Shown here one piece after another: positions 41,701-50,700 of a stretch of 64,000 nucleotides of DNA; within the stretch, counting starts at the first letter, position 1, and the number at the start of each line of letters is the position of its first letter. The notes beneath the pieces were generated by a model. It was not told where the DNA came from. It did no database searches and was given only the letters and a program-made list of their open reading frames with translations. A program made the translations under genes and the position numbers. Source of the DNA: Giardia intestinalis. Lineage: Eukaryota. The DNA lies in NCBI GenBank assembly GCA_000002435.2, contig CM018791.1. One strand, written 5' to 3'.

Positions 41701-44700
41701 GAAGATCTTCTTCGAAAGGAGAAAGGAGACAACGCGCTGAATGATACTGTCCTACGCCGTGCTATGTATTTGCAATTCGTAGCACCCGGGACGACTCATT
41801 CCCAAAAACGCTTTTCAAGACAGCGAACTTCTGTCAAAACGGCTTCTGCATCGAGCATAACGCTTTACAGTACAGAGACAGACACTTACAACGAGGGAGG
41901 CCCTGATCTGGCTCAAGGAAGCACACGTCTTTCTAGAACTATGATAGCGACCAATGTTACCGATGACTTCTCCCTGTATAGCACTGAGACAACAGTACCA
42001 AGTGTGCAAGGAAAGGCAGACAGTACAGACCAAGCTAGTTATGATGAAACTAGTGATAGCATACTTCTTCCGGATGAGTCCCCATCCAGAGCATTTGTCA
42101 ATAAGACTAAAGAGTCTCTCTGGCAGCGTCAAGCACAGAAGACTGACAATACCGAGCCTTCCTGTCCCCCACCCGTTTCTGTGGATAAGCTCGCAGGAAT
42201 AGAAGAGGAACCATTTCCATTTCTCATTCCAGCCCATCTATTTCATAGCATACTTGATCACCGAATGGTTGCTGTCTACACCAGTGCCTTCTCCTCCTTT
42301 TCTCAGGATAGTCATGCGCCCTCAGGACTAACTCTTCGACCAAAATCTGGCCCCTATATGAGTGTGGATAGAGGGCCCCATCAATCTAAACCTGTTTATA
42401 ACCCAACAAACTTACCTGTGGACATGCATATTCCAACCTCAGGACCTGCTGCCGTTAGTGTTTCAATAACTGTTGAGGGACTGCGAACTTATATCAAGCC
42501 AGAGGGAATCTATGGTGCACTCTTGCTTGTTAGTCAGATACTCAGTCCAGACTTCACGGTAGTAGCCAATGCATATACATTTTTAACCGCAGAATCGAAC
42601 AAGTGTATGCTTGACGTCAAAAACATTTACTTATGCGAAACGATGCTGCGAACCTGTTACTATGCGCATCTTAAGCAGTTTATAGCTGAGCAAAAGCCGT
42701 CCCGATTTCAATACATTTCTAATTTAATGTACTCACAAGGGCAATTGGATTTATCTCAGACAGGAAAGAAGGATGGACAGGAGATGAAAAGCAATTTAAC
42801 TCCGCCAGAACACAAACAAGATAGAAAGGATAAGGAAGACAACTTAGACAGGATATGTGCTTTCATCACTCTTATAGCTTCGCAGTCACAGCTTCTTTCG
42901 TCCCTGAGCATGTCCCATTTTGGACGAGCTACCCATCATCAGCTAGAAACGACACTCATGCAGATGGATGGAACGGCAACACACTGGTATCTCCTCTTTG
43001 CGCCACAAGTAGAGCAATATAAACTTACTAGTAAGGAGATGATAACACTCGAGGTTTTCCTGAAAGATGCTGAGGTAGTTGCACTGGCAGACGGCCTCCG
43101 GACCAGCGTTACCCTGCGGATGAGTCAGCTATCTTCAGCGTTTGCGCTCAGCAATAAGATCTATTCATTTAATAACCGTGCCTACAAAATGTTTTGCCGT
43201 CTATCCGACAGATTCTGTCCACAAACCAATATGAACAAATTCCGGATACAGACAGGGGCGCTTCTATCTCTTAAAGCTAACAACCTTACTCTTGAGACCA
43301 TTAGAGGAGCGCTCTGTACCATCCAGGGTGTATCTCTTAAGCTAAATTGCGGAATCTTCTTCTCCCAAGGAAATAGGGCTGCTTCTACTGGATCACGGTC
43401 GTCAAGTCTTTATTTGAACACCAAGAAAAACCCCATGAAGATTGATGTTGCAACTATGCGTACAGATAGGAGTGCCAAGATAGACACTGATAGTGTGCAA
43501 ACCGCTCACCGCCTGTATTCTCATACATCCACAGAAGCTACAGAGACAACCGATAAAAGCGCCACCTCTCAGAAGGGCATGGATGCGTTCCTCAAGATGC
43601 TTCTGAATACACTCTGTGTCGAGGCAAACACCGTTACTCTCAATATTCCTATTATGCTTCTGCAGCCGCTTGTCATCTTACTTGCTCACTACGTGGGGTC
43701 TTTCCAGAGGGGGATGGAAGCTATTGTCTTATCAACTGTAATAGCACAGCTAAGCAAGTACATACTTCTCCGGACATTTGTCCCTCAGAGACACCTTGTT
43801 TGGCATGCGCTGAAGCCAACATCCGACATGACTGAGAGTAAGAGCAATCTCGCCTCCAACTTGTATCCCGAGCAATCTAACGCCCACCTAAACAGTTTGC
43901 TTGTAATTCTCAGTCAGAGGGACACAAACGCTAGCTTTGAGGCAATCAGCAAGTCCATCTTCAGCTCCTTTTGCAAGGATCTTAGTAAGGACCCTCTTGT
44001 CAGCCTTGGGTCGCGGGTTATTCGTTGGATGAAGCGCGCAGACTGCAGACATAGGGACGCCGAAGGCGGCAGTCAGTCACTGGGCTCCAAACTAGAGTTC
44101 TCCATTCAGAGCATTTGTCAGAGCCAAAAGTCGTCGTTACCTGTTTACAAGATTAAGATAGACGCTGGTCTTAAGCTGTCTCCTCTTCGTTCTGATGCTA
44201 TTCTCTTTTTGGCTTTGTCCTTGAAGGAGTATAGCGATACACTTTCGTTCTCAAAGGATAGTGTGCCAAAACAGATGATCTTTTGGCAAAGCCCCCATTT
44301 TGAAGCCTTTCGTGTCCCAAAGGAGCCTGTCATACTTTATCTAAACTATATAACTAGACATCTGCTCTTCAACTTCTGGGGTGCAAAGGCACAGGCAGCA
44401 TTGGCTAACTTGCAACAAGGAGCAGGTGAGCCTGTGACGGTTAAGCATATGGTGCAGTTAAGTCTTAGCTTGCACGACGAATTTGCAATTCAAGCGACTA
44501 GTTCTACACACCTTCCGTTTCTTACTGCCTCTGCTTCTAGCCCCCCATGCTTCAAAGCCAGCGTACTAAAGCCAAAGCTACAACTTAGTATCAATGAACG
44601 CCTGTCAGTCACATTAGCATACAAGTCCTTGAACGCCTCATTTAGTCTTCCACTGTTTCTTCTTGCTAATGTATGTAGGTTAAACTCCGCATTTTATGCC

Positions 44701-47700
44701 TACAATACGGATAGAGTTATGGACACACACCGCGAGTACACGTACCAGCAGCCGCCATCCCTTCTTATTTCGAACATCGCTGTCAACCTTTTTTCAATTA
44801 ATGGAATCTATAGAATTCTGTCGAACAAAGACGCACGTCAAACACTGTCTGTGCCTACAACCACCCCTTCTGTGAAATCAGCGCCTGTACCGGCTCATCC
44901 TGTTCTATCTCATCCCTACCTAGCCGAACTCCGTGCTTTTCAGGAGTACGAGCACACCAAGGTTGTTTCACAAGACACAGATTCCCCTGCAACTTTATCT
45001 GCGTACGATGAGCTTTCCATAACAGCAACTGAAGCTAGCACTCATTCATCTGGTGGCACTCTTGTGTCAATCGAACCATCAGCTGATAACGAAGTGCCAA
45101 AGGATGATGTGTGCGCTGATCAACTGCGTGATCAAGCCACCCTGGCCCTCAACAAAGACTATCCTTCATTTGATAACCAATTTTTCGCTAAGTCGTTCAC
45201 TAGTATCCAGCCTGGGGAAATAGATGCCAACGAGTTTGACACGTTAAGCGACACTCTCTTACTTACTAGAGAGCCAAAGCTATTTCTGGCTCCACTATTC
45301 GGAACAGATGCTTTACATGCCATACATTATGCTAAGCAGAACACTAATTCTATCTATTCGAATGTAGAGATTGCTGCCAATCTGATTCAGTCCAGGCCCG
45401 TGTCGTTAGACGAAGTTAACTCGCTACGTAGCAAGTGTAATATGAAAGGCCAGATCTCCATTAGGAAGTGGCTTCTGCATATCGCGAAATTTTCCCACAT
45501 TAGTGCAGAGCTTGTATTTCCAGACACCACAATCAACTATGCACACGCAGCTACAGGGGTCCCCATTGTTGTAGCCTCTTTCCCCTCAACAAGACTAACT
45601 ATGGACGCAATCCCACCATTACTGGACGTTTTCGCTCATCCATTTTCACACATAACATTTTTGACTGAAACCGTCTCGCTTGAGCTTTACTCCAAAGCCC
45701 ATTCTGTGCAGGCCCAAAATCCGCTAAGCTTTAATATGGATGACGCTAAACGCGAATACCTTATTGCTACCAAGTCTTTCGACGTGAACTACACGCAATC
45801 TGTGGTTCGGTTTGTTTCCACTCCTGGCCCTAACAAGGCAGATTCGCCAATCCATATGTTACTGGCACACTCAGTGGAAATTGTAGCGAGATCACTTGAG
45901 ATGCAGCTTTTTAATGCACATAACAGGCTATTCTCTCTTCTACGCGACGTCCTGATTGAGGCAAGGTTATATACTGGCTTTGCTGAGACGTACTCCCTTG
46001 TGCTATCTGCCTGGACAGACCATGCATTCTATCTGTTTCATGAATATACCCCTCAGTCATTTTGGGATTGCTTCTGCTGCGAGCTTCACTTCCTCAGAGA
46101 CCAGAAAGCGGCTGCTTCAGCAGCTACTGTGGTCGTTGATGCCGAAATACCCTTTGTCTCTAACTCGCGATCTGCTGAGTTACAAATCATTCAACGCCGC
46201 CAGCCAAAACGAGCCCGACCAAGTCCCTTCTCTGCCGGACGGTCGCTTAAAAGACAGAACTCCTATAGACAAAACCAGGATCGCGCCGCAAGCTCTTCCA
46301 ATTCCCACGAGACACCCAAGGATGGTACGTCGAGACAGAAGGACCCGCTATTAAATACGCTAAGTAATCTGTCTGGGAATCACGTTGTCTTTTTTCTTGC
46401 AGAGATTGATGAGTTTATGTTAGGAATCGATAGTCCCAGATTGGTCCAATGCAGTGCTAAGCTGTCAAAATTAACAGTTTCATTAAGCTTGCCGGGCCAT
46501 CAGACCGAACCTTTGCACAAACTGAGAACAATGACTAACAAGGAGGTATTCTCCAAAATATATTGTAAAACTCCTAATTCTTCGAAGATTCAAGTAGACT
46601 CTCTCCCCCTTCTGACAATTACACCCAATAGTGCCAATTTAGGGCGCATTAAGCACAGTCTCTACGAGGATGACGACAATTCAATGGTAGCCAACGGTTC
46701 TTCTGGCGCGCAGAAGAAAGAGGAAGATGATCTACAGCTGATTTCATCGATAGCTAGCCTTTTACTCACTAACAGAAAAGACCTAGCATTAGCCTTAACC
46801 TCTACTTCCTTGCACATTATTCTCCATTCGTCGTATGTTAACCAAGACACTATTCATGCAATCAATCTTCCCACAATTAGCTCCACCCTATTATTTAAAG
46901 ATTTGTCAGTTTTGACTGTACAGCTATCTGTTTCCTCATCCCAGAACTCCTTTTCTGGAGAGCTTTTTATACTACTTATCTCGTTGTTGAGGAAGCTTAT
47001 CAGTGACTTCGAGCAGGTACTCAGCACCACAAGGTCTCTAGCAGATACGGAGATGTGCCAACTGCTGAGGACATCCGGGGCAGGAGATAAGCTATCTCCT
47101 TCATTGCTATCCACGTTTGATGGCAGCCTCACCAATGTTAGTGGATTTGAAGACCGTTCCCTGCAAGCACCACACAAAGCTCCACTAGTCCGGCACTGTC
47201 TAATTGAAATTATCGTATCGCTGACTACGCTCAGCATTACCAGTACTAGCCATGTAAGTGTCTTTCTTCTCAAGGAGATCACGTTCAAGATGAATTATGA
47301 ATCACAACATGGAAAGAAGCCGGTACTATTTGATAAATTTGACAAACGAGGAAGCGCTTTCGGAGAGTTTGAGCTTACCTTTGACGACATTACACTGTAT
47401 ACGCACGTAAGCAAGAGCCCTGACGACCTGTATCTGGAGTACCATCCAGAGTACTTGATCTTCAAAACCAAGGACGTGGAGGGACTAACAAAGGTGCTGA
47501 ATAGCAGTTCCCAGGCATCTACTTATGTAATTCAAAATATATCCTCGCATATCTCCATGAGCTTTCAGTTTACAGGTCAGATCTCATCCAAAACAGCATC
47601 TCGGTTGACGCTTACAGTGCAAACATTGGGCCTCTTGATCCATCCCCTTTTATATAGTCATATAGTGAGTCTTATTAATGACGTCCAGGTCTGGAGGGAG

Positions 47701-50700
47701 TCATATGCATTGATACAGAGTGACTATATCCCGAAGATGAGTAAGAATAGTAGCTTATCGAGCGCTACTTTTGTAGATAGGCTACCCAGCACAACTATCG
47801 AGGGATGCCCCTCCAGCTTACAGCAAGGCTCTGCAGTCCGAGAGCCTTCCAAATATATTCAATTTACTATCGAATTTAAGGATATTGACATATCCATTTA
47901 CTCAGATTGCGGCCTCGAGTTCGTTCTGGCAGATTCTAAAGTGACTCTAGAAGGAACATGTGTTCGTGAGACCTTGGAGATGATTGTAGTAGAGTTGGCC
48001 ATAGATGAGCTGATAGGAAATATCCAGCTATTTATAGTTCCGCCTTATGTGGCGTCCCCTCCTTGTGATAAGAATAGAGATACAGAAGGAGACCCCTGGA
48101 GCCTAGATGCAGTACTAGGATTTTTGACTTCCATCACAGCAATCCCTACCGGGAATGTCTTTGACTTTTGTCTTTCGCTGAAGCTTATTTTCCAGACGGG
48201 AATACCTGAGGCTTCTATTATGAAAAAGTTCCAGTGCAATTATCCCAAGCTGCCCTTGGAGTCAGCCACGTCACAGCCAGCTTTTAATTCCAATGAGCTT
48301 TGCAACACCATTCAGCTAGATCTCGTTGTAGAAAGATTTGTGCTGGCTCTCAACGAGACGGCTGTCCCTCTCCTAGCAGACTTCTTCTTTACTAGTATCA
48401 GGTACATCTCAGGTACCTACTCTTCTACAGCCGATCAGTCATCAACAGATGCAATAAAGGTCACTGCGATCTTGCTAGATGAAACAATCCAGGCCTTGCT
48501 AGAAAGAGTTGAAGTGATGCGCCAGAAGACTCTTTACATGAACATAAAACTTTCTGTACTAAGATTGGGACTTGAAGTCTACGAATTTAGCGATCTTAAG
48601 GAAACTATAAGACAGACATGTGAGGGATATACAAGTATCCAGCCTTCAGCCTCCACATCAGGTACCAGGGTTGGAGCAACTTTTAAGGCGGATGGCAGTT
48701 CTGTAGAGGTGGGGGCAGCATTGATGATAGATGCTCCTAGTATTTCTTTTCAGACCCAGGTAGCCAAACGAACTGTTGGTAATCCTTTCACTTATTCATC
48801 TAGTCAATATGGACAGTATGGATCGGCAACCGGAGGCTCCATAGCGAATCTGCACGGCAAGTCAATCACATCTAAAGAGATTTTCCCCCCTGTACTCTCA
48901 ATTATTCTTCCACAACTGAATTTTGACTTCGAAGCATTCAGAGTCCCCAAAAACGATTTGAGCCTTTATAAAAACTTTGATGTTCTACGACCTTTTATTA
49001 CTTCTGACCTTCTCAAGATGAACGAGAATACAAAACTTTATATAAAACCAGCTACAATCTCGTTTATGGCTATAAATGCTACCTTGTACAGGCGAACTCT
49101 TTTCTTTCCACCAGAAGTGTTCCGCGTCCTTGCTAATTTCATTTCAAAGTGGCTACAGGTGATTGAAAAATATTCACTGAAAACCCCCTCAGATCATCAG
49201 ACGAAAAAATCTTCATATTCTCTTTCATCTGACGGTGACGGAGAGATTGGGATTGGGACTGGGACTGGTCCTGTCAGTAAAGCAGATCAGTCAGTATCCA
49301 TGAGTCAGACACAAGTACCCCAGGCATCTTGCCCTAGAGACCAGCAGAAAACAAGCAGGGCAGACAAAAGCAAGCACAGGAGCATAACTAGTCATACCCC
49401 AAAACAGAGCCAAGGCAGCCTAGTCTCGGATTTGGCTGGACTCTATGAAATACTTCAAGCAGGAGCATCGAGATCATCCACCTCGAAGCTTAATTTCCTG
49501 ACAAATATAGTGCCAGATACTTTCCATGCAGTCGTTGCCCTGGAAATTGAACAGCAGACATTTATTCTAGATTCCGTTGCACGCCCAATAATCGAGAACA
49601 TGGCCTCGTCTATTCTCGGGGACACATACAATGCTACCACACCTAGAGCTGTAAGGCATAGCCGAGAGTCTAGCAAGCTAGACTATGCTGCAGTTTCTCC
49701 AAGCAATACTAACACTCCAGATAACAGGTACACAAAGAGCACGGTCTTCAGCAGTATGGCGCAAGAGGATCTGCAGCCAGGTTATGATGTGCTGTCCTTT
49801 GTGTCTGTTACTATTCTTCCCATTAAGTTAGAGCTGCTAGGGGAAAACGAGGTAGGCACCAGAACTATTGAAGCGTCACTGACGTTTTCAGGCCTTAATG
49901 CACGGGTTATCCCGTATGCTATTCAATTTATAGCCGCTCTTTACAAGGCATCCACCGCAGGAACCGTAGATCACGCACATCCCGTTGTATTTTCGATTAA
50001 GAATGTTCTAATGAACATTACATCCACTGTCTCCATGGGAGAAAACCAGGTATCATATAATAACGTGCAGAATGTTAAGATAAATATGGAGTCGATCTCG
50101 TTGGAGCTGGCACTGCACAGCTTTGAGCATATGAGCGCAGTGAGTGCTATTTGGATCCACAACACCGAAAAGCTGCGTGGAATGGTTGCTTTCCGAGACA
50201 TCATGCATGCAACCAGTAAGAAGTGGTCGCAGGATGACGCCACAAAGGTGGATGGGCCTGCCGAGAAGTCCATTCTTGGAAAGTACTTATTAGACTTATC
50301 AATCACCTGCCAAAATTTGCATTTAACTGTTAACGATTTATCTTACTACAAACTTAACCCGATTTCTTCTGTGTTTCTTGCACAGAATCGTGCAATAAGA
50401 AATCGGCAGATGACCGAAAAGGACGCGTTGCTAACGCACGAGGATATTGTTGGCATGATCCTCGGTCATTCTGACACTGCGGAACCGGGGGCAGATAGGG
50501 ATATAGACAGAACTGGTCATAGAAGAGGTCGGTCAATACTGTCATCTGAAAATAGCGCGGAGGCATGCACTGGACTAAGAAACGAATCAACAGATACAGG
50601 GATTGCAGGGGCCGTTGGCAATAAACTAAGCTCAGGACAGGAGTCTTACGAGGAACATCCCTTGCATCACGTTACGCAAATGAATCTGGAGTTCGGTGAG